From a virus: a stretch of DNA of 64,000 bases. The position numbers and the translations under genes were made by a program. Position 1 is the first letter of the stretch; each line of letters begins with the position of its first letter. The notes under the pieces were generated by a model, which had not been told where the DNA came from, searched no databases, and was given only the letters and a program-made list of their open reading frames with translations. Location of the stretch: IMG/VR virus record IMGVR_UViG_3300010370_002417, positions 13,259 to 77,258 of that record. One strand, written 5' to 3'. Shown here piece by piece: positions 44,872-56,800 of this stretch.

Positions 44872-45975
44872 TTACTTCTTGATTCCGCGAGCGATCGCGT
44901 TCATATAAGCAGCCATTTCAACTGGAACCTGTTTTTCAGCGACGTCGTCGCCCACTGGTTCCTCATCGAGAGTTACGCTTTCAGACAAAGTCCCGGCCGA
45001 AGACTTTGAAGGGAAGTAGCTCTCACGAAGAGTTCCAACCTTCTTCTTGAATGATTCAACATCCTCGAAGTCGATGGACTCAGAAAGTGAAGACAGCTTT
45101 GCAACTTGCGTATCTGTCAGGCCTTCTGAAACTTCTGCGAACGCGAGTGAGCGTTCGAATTCCTTGATGCGAGCAGTAAGCTCAACATTCTTCTCGATTT
45201 CTTCGTTGATTGCAGACTCGAGAACTTCTACCTGAGAAGCAAGCTCTTCTGCAACGTCAACGGCGTCGTCTGGAATGTCGATGTAGTGCTCTTCGAACAG
45301 ACCCTTCAGTCCGTTCATGAACGACTCAACGATCTCAGCCTTAAGACCGCGCTCGATAGCAACGGCGTTGTTTTCCATCCACTGCTCAACAACATAATCG
45401 AGATATGTGTCGATGCGCTCAACGAGTTCTTCGTTGATCGTTGTGGTTTCTTCGCTGATAGTAGCCTGAACTTGCTCGTCGAGAGCTTCGATCTGCTCGT
45501 TTACCTTGGAAAGAACAGCAGCTTCGAATACCTGAGTAGCCTTAGCGATGAACTCTTCGGAAACGTCGGCACCAGCAAAGATAGCCTTGATATCTTCGGT
45601 TACGTCGATATCCTCGGCTGTCAGCTTTGCGAGCTTCATTTCTGTCTCCTCAGCAACGCGGCCCTTTGGACTAACAGATGAACCCTGCATTGGATTTGTC
45701 TTGTCGCCCTTGAATGAATCATAAGCGGCTGATACTTCCGCCTTCTTCATGCCGGTAAGAGCCTGAACCATTGCATTGATCATTCCGACCTTTGTATATG
45801 GCTTGATTCCAGAGCCCTGTGTCATTGGGCCTGACTTCTCACCCTGCTGGGCAACACCACCAGGAACTGCGGCCTGAACTCCAGTAGGGTCAGCGACCTC
45901 AGCGTCAACGCCGTAGCTCGCCTTCTTTGCTTCTTGCATGTCGAGCTTTTCGACATTTGTGTCCTGAACTGACAT
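44872..45975 (-). CDS. 22: Prohead scaffold gp22
   Basis: Acidic coiled coil, YLDYVVEQW..EN..AIE.G; between 21 and 23; TATAAATA at 46017-46024. Confidence 0.92.
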   Translation of the reverse strand: MSVQDTNVEKLDMQEAKKASYGVDAEVADPTGVQAAVPGGVAQQGEKSGPMTQGSGIKPYTKVGMINAMVQALTGMKKAEVSAAYDSFKGDKTNPMQGSSVSPKGRVAEETEMKLAKLTAEDIDVTEDIKAIFAGADVSEEFIAKATQVFEAAVLSKVNEQIEALDEQVQATISEETTTINEELVERIDTYLDYVVEQWMENNAVAIERGLKAEIVESFMNGLKGLFEEHYIDIPDDAVDVAEELASQVEVLESAINEEIEKNVELTARIKEFERSLAFAEVSEGLTDTQVAKLSSLSESIDFEDVESFKKKVGTLRESYFPSKSSAGTLSESVTLDEEPVGDDVAEKQVPVEMAAYMNAIARGIKK

Positions 45976-46037
45976 ATTAATATTCTCCCTCAGGGTTGTA
46001 GAAGATTCTTCTAGTTTATTTATAAAAATGACGCCAT

Positions 46038-46691
46038 TTAGAGTTTCTTGAGGAACTTATTAAACGCATTGAGCAGAATTGCTTCACGCTCCTCGCGAGT
46101 GCTATATCCCTCGTTAATCTCTGCCTTGATTCGAGCAACGTCCTTTTCTACGAGGATGCCGTTGTCCCAAACCCACTCTTTACCTTCCATGATTCCATTA
46201 GCGAGTGCTGCTGGGGCCGATGGATCGGCAACGATATCTGCAGCCGTAGCAAGATAGAAGTCTTTCTGTACTTCCATCAGATCGCCTCTCTTAACGAGCG
46301 ATCCCATGCCACGAGAAGAGAACCCGAGTTTGGCTCCTTCTTTCATCAGATTCTTTACGATGTTTCCGTACGGTGTGTCCATGATCTTAACGCGGCCGAC
46401 GAAATTATCGCCTTCCTGACGCAGTGACTTGATCATGTGTGAAACGCGCTCGAGATTGATGGTTGGTCCTTGTGGATGACCAAGCTCGCCGTAAGCGCGG
46501 TTCTGCTCAACGAACTCACGATTGTAACGTGAAACTTCGTTGGCTAGTGTTTCGGTAGGATACATACGACCATTTTTGTTCTTGAGATTACCCTGCATCA
46601 GGATACCTTCAAGAAAATACTGTTTCTCACCTGCTTCATTAGATTCTGTGATGATCTGTATGTTTTCGTTAACTTCGCAGATGAGTTTCAT
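46038..46691 (-). CDS. 21: Prohead protease gp21
   Basis: NKNGRMY, GELGHP, SSRGMGS and DIVADPSAP motifs. Confidence 0.96.
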   Translation of the reverse strand: MKLICEVNENIQIITESNEAGEKQYFLEGILMQGNLKNKNGRMYPTETLANEVSRYNREFVEQNRAYGELGHPQGPTINLERVSHMIKSLRQEGDNFVGRVKIMDTPYGNIVKNLMKEGAKLGFSSRGMGSLVKRGDLMEVQKDFYLATAADIVADPSAPAALANGIMEGKEWVWDNGILVEKDVARIKAEINEGYSTREEREAILLNAFNKFLKKL

Positions 46692-47077
46692 TAGTATTGC
46701 GAGCCTCCGGCAATAGAAACGGTTTTATGCAACTTGAGAACAAGTGTTGCGGGACCAGTTCCAACTTTTGTTACAACAACATTTGAAGTCGCTTCTGCGT
46801 CGCCATTGTCGATGAGACGTGAATCAGAAAAATCCATAACGTGCTGACCGTCTGTTAACAGCAGAATTGTGTTTGAGCCGCGCTGAACTACCCAGTGTAC
46901 GTTGTTACCGCAAGACCACTCAGCTGAAACAATGTTCATACGAGTGACGTTTTCGCCTGCGGAATTAGCACCAATTGTAGCTGTTGGATGATTTCTTTTA
47001 ATGAAACCACTAGCGTTGAACTTGGCGATGAACCATCCGCCTTTAACGTGCTTGTTTACAATTCCTTCTGCAGCCAT
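46691..47077 (-). CDS. Hypothetical head-cluster protein
   Basis: 128-aa beta-rich ORF coupled to gene 21. Confidence 0.65.
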   Translation of the reverse strand: MAAEGIVNKHVKGGWFIAKFNASGFIKRNHPTATIGANSAGENVTRMNIVSAEWSCGNNVHWVVQRGSNTILLLTDGQHVMDFSDSRLIDNGDAEATSNVVVTKVGTGPATLVLKLHKTVSIAGGSQY

Positions 47078-47643
47078 TATTCATCTCCGAGTGATTCTAC
47101 AACGAAGTCAAGAATCTTCTCAAAAGAATCTGCGCTTTCGTTGACGGCTGCACGGAATACTTCGCGATTGCCTGTATTCAGATTTTCATAAACCTGATGG
47201 AGAGCATCCCAAGTATCTTGATTGATTTCGATTGCATCCCCGTTCAGCAGATCAATATAAACGATGTCTTCGTCAGACTCGCTGATTACTGGCTGATTAA
47301 CGAAGAGTGATTCTTTGAACGCTTGAACTGAAGAAGGAGACTGACGTACTGGCTTCATATCGCCTTGTGTCTTGTCAGCGCGTGTCAGTGGCGTCTTGCT
47401 GCCTTTGAATCCAGATTGATCCTTAAGATCGGAAGTTCCCTGCTTGATAGGAGAGCGATCGCCGTTCTCTGGTTGATGCTCAGCTTGCTTGGTCTCACCA
47501 CCCTTGCTTGATACAGGATAATCTTTTACTTCGCGAGTATGCGCATCAGCAAAATCAACTTCTCCCTGAGCGCGCGGTCTAAGAGCGGCCGCTTCAGGAT
47601 TTGCTTTGTCTAGAGCCTCACGCAGTTGTCTGAACGTCTTCAT
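47077..47643 (-). CDS. Putative prohead core / internal protein
   Basis: MKTFRQLRE N-terminus like T4 capsid-targeting leaders; T4 gene 68 position. Confidence 0.6.
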   Translation of the reverse strand: MKTFRQLREALDKANPEAAALRPRAQGEVDFADAHTREVKDYPVSSKGGETKQAEHQPENGDRSPIKQGTSDLKDQSGFKGSKTPLTRADKTQGDMKPVRQSPSSVQAFKESLFVNQPVISESDEDIVYIDLLNGDAIEINQDTWDALHQVYENLNTGNREVFRAAVNESADSFEKILDFVVESLGDE

Positions 47644-47827
47644 CTGAAATATTCTCCTGTTCTGCGGGCTCTTCTGCCTGAGAATTAAACATGGAAGAAG
47701 CGATCTCGATCTTTCTCAGCTCGAGGGCGTCTTGAATCTTTGTTGCTATAGCAGCACCAATGGCGTCACGAAACTCCGCGGCGTTCTCGTTTGATGCGGC
47801 TTGAATAGCAGTGTAAATATGTTCCAT
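47618..47827 (-). CDS. Prohead core protein (gp67-like)
   Basis: KI.DALE.RK.EIA..MF with an acidic tail; TATAAATA at 47851-47858. Confidence 0.7.
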   Translation of the reverse strand: MEHIYTAIQAASNENAAEFRDAIGAAIATKIQDALELRKIEIASSMFNSQAEEPAEQENISDEDVQTTA

Positions 47828-47870
47828 TATGATACCTCAACTTGTGATTCTATTTATAAAAAACATCTTG

Positions 47871-50800
47871 TTAAAAGAAGGTTAGGAATCCTTGCTCTCT
47901 TACAAAATTCCATCCGTTCGAAGTTTCAGACCCAAAACCAGCTAGATCTGTTGCATCATCGTTGTAAAATAGTGCGGTCGCAGGAATAGCTTCTTTAGGA
48001 GAATTACGAACATAAACTGAAGACCGCACGCTTCCTGGTGTTACAGAAGTATTAGGTGTAGCAACTACATTATAATTGTTTATTTTAATGTGACGTACAT
48101 TTTGCGGCGTTGTATTAGCAACTACAATCTTAGCGTACCAACCACCTTCAATTGGATCTGATACAACGTCAGCTGTGCTATCTACAATAATTGGATTTGC
48201 TGTATTCGCTCCAGATATTTCAAATTTATTAGTTAAAATGAATGTGCTGTTTCTATTAAAACTAATTGTTGCATTATAGGCCGTATTTTTGATGCTATAG
48301 AAAGTAGCAGTTTTTGATCCACCTACAACACTTCTAGAGCGAACAGTTAGCGTACCAGCACCGGCCTGATTCAACGTAGAAAAAATGTTTCCATTAGCTG
48401 TGAACGTCTTAGCAGAAGCAGAAGTCATATTAATTGTACCAAGACCAGAATATGTGATGTTGCTGCCATCTGCCAAAAATGCTGAAGCTCCGCTTCCAAC
48501 AACTGTTATCTGACCGTTGGTGCCATGATTGATTGTTCTCGAAGCAGTTCCAGAAGCAGTAAACGTTCCTATTGTAAACGTGTATCCATTCAATACAAGA
48601 TTGCCGGATGTGTATGTTGTTAGGCGTGTTGAACCAACTGTAACCGCGCTCCCTAAAGAATAAGATCCTGTACCGCTGAATGTTACAGGTTTATCAATAG
48701 TTTCGCCGTTGGTAGTAATTGTTTGCGTTCCAGTACCAGCGAATGTTAATGTGCCGCTGCTTCCACCGGTAAATGTAACATTGCTGCTTCCTTCAAAAAT
48801 AAAATTGCCATATACTGTAAGATTTTCTGTTATTGAACTGAATGTATAAGCCTTGTCTTTAAATGTGATATTTTTAACGCCATTCCCCGATGTTATAGTG
48901 AAAGTTCCATCCGTTAAATCGATTACAAAACTAGTAGAATTAGATTGTGTCAATCCAGTCGAACCTGGAGAGATCTGTCTGGTATTTGTTGAACCAGATC
49001 CATATAGTTCTACTGTAAGATCAGTGATAGTTAGATTTGTAGCAACCGCAGTATTCCAAACGTTTGTAGTGCTTGAAATATTGTATGTGTTTTTCCAAAC
49101 ACCGCCAGTTGAAGTTATGCCTCTTACGCCAGTACCGCCTCCGCTAAATGTTCCAGCAGTTTGAACAATATTGTAATTGCCCATAACAATAGTTCCGGTT
49201 GTTAATGTAATAGAACAACCGTTTCCAGATGTGCCACAAGTAAATTGATCTTGCAAAGTATATTGTGCAGTACCGCTAAAAGTTATGTTACTCCAGTTAA
49301 CATTTTTACCATTGGTTGTGATATACTGATACGTTTGCCCATTTGCTACAGTCCCTGCAAATGTTAATGTTGTGCCAGTAGAATGATTTATACTCATTCC
49401 GCTTGATATTATTAGATTACCATATATCGTAAGGGTGTCTGTACTCCATGTAGTAGTACTTCCAGTGAAATCAAGAGTTCGAACGTAACCTTGAATATTA
49501 TGTACGCCTGTTGTTGAAGAAGTGATATACAAATCAACAGAATTTGTTTCAGTAGCACCTGAAGTATCACCATGGAAAAATATTATTCCAGGAGTATCTG
49601 TATATTCTACTCTTCTGTTACCAGATACAGTAAAGTTGGTTAATGTAGATCCGTCCCATTCTCTATTTGATGGTTGTCCCACACTTCCAGTAAGAACAAT
49701 TTTTCCACTAGTACCAAAAGCAATACTTCTAGCCGTTGAGCCAGTAAATGTAAACGACGGTGTTGTTAATGTTTTATCGTTAAGAGTAATAGTTCCTGCT
49801 GTTAAAATAGTATATAATGTAGCAGTATAATTATCTTGCAACGTCCATCCACCACCAACACCGTTAAATTCAACTTCTAATAACGAAGTGCCATTTGTAG
49901 TGATTGTTTTTCCAGTAGATGTACTTGCAAATACTAATTTTCCAGATATAGTTTCTATGCCAGTAAACGAAAAATTAGTAGAAGGAATATAAAAATCGCC
50001 ATAGACATTAATTATAGCACCTGAGCCATATATTGTTAATGTCATTGCGCGATCTAAACCGGAAGCTGTAAAATTTCTACAATTTACAGTAACACCTGTT
50101 CCAGTTAAAATATCAAATGCAGATCCGCTATCTGATCCTGCGTCAAAATATACATCAGTGTATTGATCTGGATAATATCCTGCGCTGCTTCCTCCAGAGA
50201 AATAAGACCAATTGGTAGTGCTTGAGTTGTTCCATGTTCCACTACCACCAATCCAATACAATGGTGGATTGTAGAAATATAGATTTGTGTTGTTGCTGGT
50301 GTTAGTTGAGTTTGGTCCCATGTACCAAGTATCAACTGGGCTGCCTGTGATATCTCTTACAGTCACATAGTTTGTGCGAACTTTAGATGATCCAGCATAA
50401 ACTAACGTGGCTGCAACACCAGCAGTTGTAGTATCTAGCGTAGAAACATCGCCTGAGTTATTTGCAAAAGAAAATGTGCTGAATGTATTTGTTGTTCCAG
50501 CTTCAAATCTTAGATTACCACCAGAAGTAATAGTTAACGTGTTAAATGTGTTACTTCCATATATGTCAAATCTATTTGAAGATGATGAAGTTGTAAGATT
50601 ATTATATGTTAATCCACCACCTCTAAACTCAACCGTAGTAGTTGAAGCATGAGTTGAAGAAATATTGGCTGTACCTTTTATAAAAGTAAGATTTGTCGTA
50701 GTTGTAGTATTCCAAATGGCACCAGTACCATTTAAAGTCCATGTTCCGGAACCCATATTAACAGTTCGAACATTGCTGTTATTGCTGGCAAAAACTCTGC

Positions 50801-53800
50801 ATGTAATATTGTACGAACCAGCTTCAAATGTGCCGTTTGTAACAGTTAAAGCCGCAGTGGTGGCACCACTTCCAAGATTTAAATTGCTTGCTGCTTGGAA
50901 AGTTCCTCCAACACCATCAATAACTAAACTAAAATCATGTCCTGCAGCAGGAGAATTAAGACTTATAGTTTTAGTTCCGCTTGTAGCTGCAAGATTGAAT
51001 ACTCCACCGGATGCTATTCTTCCATTACTTGCACAAGTAAAATTGCCATAAACATAGATTGGATTTGTTGTAGTAGGTTGAATTCTAGTTAAAGTATCAG
51101 ATGAATTGTGAGTTAAATTTCTAACTTTACTTAATGAAACCAATTCTACTAATCCGCTACCAGTAGCAGTAACAGTTAAATCTGGCGTATTACTTTCTAT
51201 TGTTCCACCAGCAGTGCTTCCAAAAATGTATTGTCTTGAGTTTGATGAAGAACCAGTAATTTCAATAGTAGGATTTCCTGTTAAAGTAAAATTCGTAACT
51301 GTAGCACAGTTAACAACTGCTGCAGCAGTAGTGTTAAACAAAACAAGTTTTCCAGAAGTACCAAAATCAATTTCTCTTACATTTGAATTGTTTGAACTAA
51401 ATTGACTAATAGTCATTGTATATTCATTTAAATCAAGCGTACCGTTAGTTAACGTAACATTGTTTGATAATTCTAATGAAGTATATGCGTCTAACAATTG
51501 AACTATAGTTCCAGTTCCGTCAATTGTCATTCTAAATTGAATAGTTTTTCCATTTGTTGTAACTGTTTGTGTACCGCTAGGTTTAGAAAATGTTAACGTT
51601 CCATTATTAAAAGTTGGATTTGTGCCAGCTATTACAAGATTACCATACAATCTTGCCGCTGTTGATATATTAACAGTCGCTCCAACAAGATTTTCAACTG
51701 TTAAATTATTAAATGAATTAGTTATTACAGCAGTAGCTGTTCCTGCTGGATTAATTCTAAGATTTGGCGCAGAAGCTTGAATAGCATTACTTCCGTTAAG
51801 ATTAATTGTAACTGCACCGCCGGTACCATTAAATTCAAATAAAGGATCAGAACCAAGATAACTAAGATTTGTAGCAGTGTTTAAATTTAACGCAGAATTA
51901 CCAGAAATGCTTAATGTTAACACTATTTTTGATACTGATCCAAAATCAATTACTTTTGCGTTACTTCCGGAAGCTTCAAAAGTACCAAATATGGTCATAT
52001 TATATTCGTTTAGATCAATAGTTCCTGATGTAAGAGTTACTACTCTTATCGTAGAAGTGCCAACGCTCATATTATCTAGAAGTTGCCAAGTTCCACCAAC
52101 GCCATTAAACGTGATTGGAAAATCAATTACTTCGCCATTTGTAGTAATCGTGTGCGTACCACTAGTTGCTGCGAAAGTTGTTACTAGAGCACCAGCAGTC
52201 AATGTTGGGCTTGTTCCACCAATAGTTAGATCACCATAAATTGATCTTGTTCCATTACTCAAAGTAATATTAGAACTATTGTCAATTGTAAAATCTTTAA
52301 TATTACCTGTAACAGCAATTGTTGCTGCTGCGACAGGCGACAATTGAAGATTTATCAAACTAGAAGTTGAAGTTACAGTTAACGGTCCTACTCCAGAACC
52401 TGTAACTTGAAACAATGGATTTGTACCAGTAACAGTTAAATTGGTTTCTGTTGTCATAGTACAAAGTGTTGTCGTAGTTGCTCCTGTAGCTGAAAGAACA
52501 ATTTTACCAGTAGTGCCAAACGCAATCGTTCTGGCATTTGAATTGCTTGATGAAAATTGACCAAAAATTGTAAACGTAAATCCATTTAGATCAAGAGTGC
52601 CATTTGTAAGAGTAACAGTTCTTACTGTAGATGTTCCAACGCTCAGAGCATCTTGCAATTGCCACGTTCCACCAACACCACTGAATGTTAGCGGAAAATC
52701 AATCACATCACCGTTTGTTGTAATCGTTTTAATACCACTAGTAGCTGCGAATGTTGTTACAAGTGCGCCTCCAGCTAAAACAGGCGTTGTGCCAGAGATA
52801 GTAAGATTACCATAAAGTGTTCTGGTACCATTATTAAGAGTTATATCAAAGTTATCTATGGTAAGATTGCGAATAGAACCAGTTAATGTAACAGCTGTTG
52901 TTGTTGCGCTTGAGAGTTGAACGTTAATTGATCCAGACTCTGAATGAGCGCCAAATGACATAGTAGCTGTGCTACCAGTTGCAGTCAATTGAACTAGTGG
53001 ATTTGTTCCTAAAACTGAAAAATTAGTAGCTGTTCCGGTATTCCAAATCGTAGTTCCTGACAAAGTAAGAATAATTTTAGATGCGCTACCAAAGTCTATT
53101 GTTCTTGTGTTAGAGTTAGAAGAAGTAAACAAACCATAAATTGTCAAATTGTATTCATTAAGATCAAGTGTGCCTTGAATAAATGTTACAGTTCTAGAAG
53201 TTGCAATACCAATATTAAGATTGTTTGCTAATTGCACTGTTCCTGTACCATAAAAATTAAACTGTACAGGGCAATCCATGGTGTTGCTATTATTGCCGTT
53301 TAGATTGATAATGTGAGTAGTGGGAATTCCAGAAAAATACATAATTTGAGCGTTAAAGTTTATCGTTGGGTTTGTTCCATTGACGATAAAATTACCGCCT
53401 ATCACCATAGGACCATTAAAATTGAATGTGATGCTGTTGTTTTCGATTGTTAAATTACCAAACGACTGACCATCAGCAACTGCACCAAAATTAATTGTTC
53501 CTGCAGTTGCAGCAATTTCCCAATTAATATAAGATGCGCTTCTATCGCCTACAGCTCTTGCTGGATCATATCTTCTGGTAGTTGCAGCATTGCTACCTAA
53601 TACACGAACAGTAATATTACCATCAGTAGTATTGCCTGTGTTTACGTTTCCATCAAAAACAGTAGCAGTTGTATCAAGAGTAAGAATAATTCTATTTGTA
53701 GTTCCACCAGTGTTCTGAAGTCTGATACCACCAGCAGTTTGATTCCATGTTCCGTACAGAGTAAAATCATAACCCATCAAGTCAAATGTGCCATTCGACA

Positions 53801-56800
53801 TTGTAACAGCACGAGAAGTAGATGTACCAACTGTTAACGCACCAGTTAATTGCCAAGTACCACCAACTCCATTAAATGTTAATGGGAAATCTAATGTTTT
53901 TCCACTGGTTGTAATTGTTTTCGTACCACTAGTTGCTGCAAACGTCCACGCATTAGCACCCGCAGTTAATGTTGGTGTTGTTCCGTTGATAGTTAAATTG
54001 CCGTAAATGGTAATTGCTATATTTGATATTGTAATGCTATTATTGGCGATAATAAGATTTCTTACAGTATTACTTGCAGTAAAAGAAACTGTACCAGCCG
54101 TATTCAATAAACTAAAACTTATTGAATTAGCTTCAGATAATGCTCCAGCACTAATAGTTTTCGTAGTAGCTCCACCACCCGTTAATTCAACTAATGGCGT
54201 ACCACTAACTGTTAAATTCGTTACTGTTCCCGTATTCCAAACCGTTGCAGTAGAAGCAGATGTGACTACTATTTTGCCGGTGCCAAAATTGATTGATCTA
54301 GTATTGCTGTTACTACTTGCAAAGTTATCACAAGTGAATGTGTACGATCCTAGTGCAAGAGTACCGTTTGTTAACGTAGCTGCGCCTGTGATTGTAGCTG
54401 CATCTTGTAAAGTCCAAGTGCCACCTACACCGTCAAATGTAAACGCAGTAAACGATTTACCATTCGTTGTAATAGTTTCAGTTGAAGTACCAGCAAATGT
54501 AATTGTGCCAGTATAACTTTGCGTGAAGTTAGTCGCAGGAACAGAAAAATTACCATAAACGGACATGGCTCCAGAGCCACTCCATGTCATAGTTTGATCT
54601 AATCCTGAAGCTGTTAAATTGTCGCAAACTGCTCCTGCGTTGATTGTAACAGTAAATGGCGCAGATGAATCAGAACCAGAGTCAAAAACAACTTTAGTTC
54701 CAGATTTAGGTGCTCCTACTCCACCAGTTCCGCCAGAAGACGTTGCCCAATTTGTGGTGGTAGTGCTATCCCATGTTCCAGATCCACCAACCCAGTATAA
54801 CTGATCAGCATCTAATTGTAAAACAGAAATTGTGACTTCGTCTGCGCCTGTAGTTGTTGAAGCAGTTTCCGATAGATAATCTAAGTTAATATAAGAAGTT
54901 GTTCCGGAAGAATGTAAATAAAGACCACCAATTCTGCTTGCGTGAGTAGAACCATTTACAGACTCTTGAACAGATTCAAGCCACGTTACTGGACTTGGAG
55001 AAGCACTTGTTATGAATCTATATTGATTAGACAGTGTTGTGTTATTGCCGTCAATAGTGGCAGTTCCAATAACAAGACAGTTTAAGTTGCTAGGAAGAAA
55101 AATAGGAGCGAATGAAGTTTTAGTAGTGTACGATGTGCTTGTAGTCGTAGTTCTCGTCGTATCTGTTTTAATAGTTGCGAAAGAAAATTCATCTAGACGC
55201 AAAGCCAAAAGTTTTGCATTACGACAGTTAACAGTATTTCCATTGATATTAGAAGAATACTGCATCGTAATGCTTTGAGAAGATGCAGCCAAATTACCAA
55301 CAGACGCTTGTAGCAAATTAGAAATATAATTTGTTTGATCGTTAGGTCTATTTGCAGATGCGCTGTAAGCAACACTATTATGTGTTATTTGCGTATTTAC
55401 GATTGTACCGGATGAAGTAGTTCTTAATTCACACTGACCAAGAATAAGATAATTACCTGCTGATGCTGGCGTAAATGTAAGCGTCGTTGCAGTTTGTAAA
55501 GTTGTGCTAGTTGTAGTGGCGTCTGCAGTGTTTTCTACATATTGATCGGCCGAACTTAATTTAATCGCAATAAGTCTAGCATTTCTTATTGATGCTGTTC
55601 CACCTGCGTTTTCAGTAGAAAAGTTTAGAGTTATAGATTGGCTTGTTGGAGAAGCACCAAATGCTTCAATATCAAATCCTGATACAGCAAATATATCTGT
55701 TGTATCTTGAGGTTCAATATTCATACTACAAACAGCTGTTCCTGCGTTATTTTTTAGATTAACGCGCGTGTCGTATGCAGTGCTACCATTACCAACTTCA
55801 CAATTCCAAATGTACGCATATGTACTGTTTGCATCTGGAGTAAATGTAAGTGTAACTTTTGTAGTATCAGTTGTAGAAGTGCTAGTAGAAGTAGTTGTAC
55901 TTTCAGCTGAATGATACTTACGACCTTTAGTGCCCGTAATTGGCTCTAACGCCAAATACAGCAAAGTTGTATTGTAGTTGCCTGTTGTAGTAGCACCGTC
56001 TCTTCTATACTGAACATTTGTAGTAGATTGCCCAATACCACTAGTTCTTACATATACACCGGCGTTTCTTGATACTGCTCGTCCAGTTCCGGAACCAAGA
56101 GTCGTATTGGTGATATCCGATTCAGCCCACGTTACACCATCGGTCTGCCAACGGAAATGGGCTTGTATAGATGCGCTTGTTGTGGTATAATGCGCACAAC
56201 CAAGAATCATATAGTTGTATTTTTGCAGATCTAATGTGCCGGTTGTTTCGGCTGTAGCGTATGATGTACTTGTAGTAGTCGTATTGTTGCTGTTGTTAAT
56301 GCCAATATTTGAATAATCAAACTCGTCCATTCTTAGAGCAAGAATTTTAGCATTGCGACAGCTTACTGTATTACCGCCATAAGAATTAAATTCATACTTG
56401 ATATTGCATGATCCACTCAACGAGGTAGAATAACTTACAGACATATTAGGAATAAAATCTGTAACTAGTGAAACTAGCTCTGCAGAGTTGTATGAAAGAA
56501 CATCGTTAATGGTTACACGATAGCGCCCTGCGCCACCATTGCTACCGCTGTTTTGTTCGCAATAACCGAGTACCGCATAGAATCCGGCTGATGCTGGCGT
56601 AAATGTAGCTGTTGTTGCGGCTGTAAATACAGAAGTCGACGAACTCGTAGAAGTTCCTGTATTCTCAGAATAAACGTCTGCGCTCGTTAGCTTAATAGCA
56701 ACGATTCTTGCGTTCTTAATGCTGGCTGTAATGGTGCCTTCTGAAGAATAGGTTAGCGTGATGCTTTGACTAGTTGGTGAAGAACCAAATGTTTCAATTG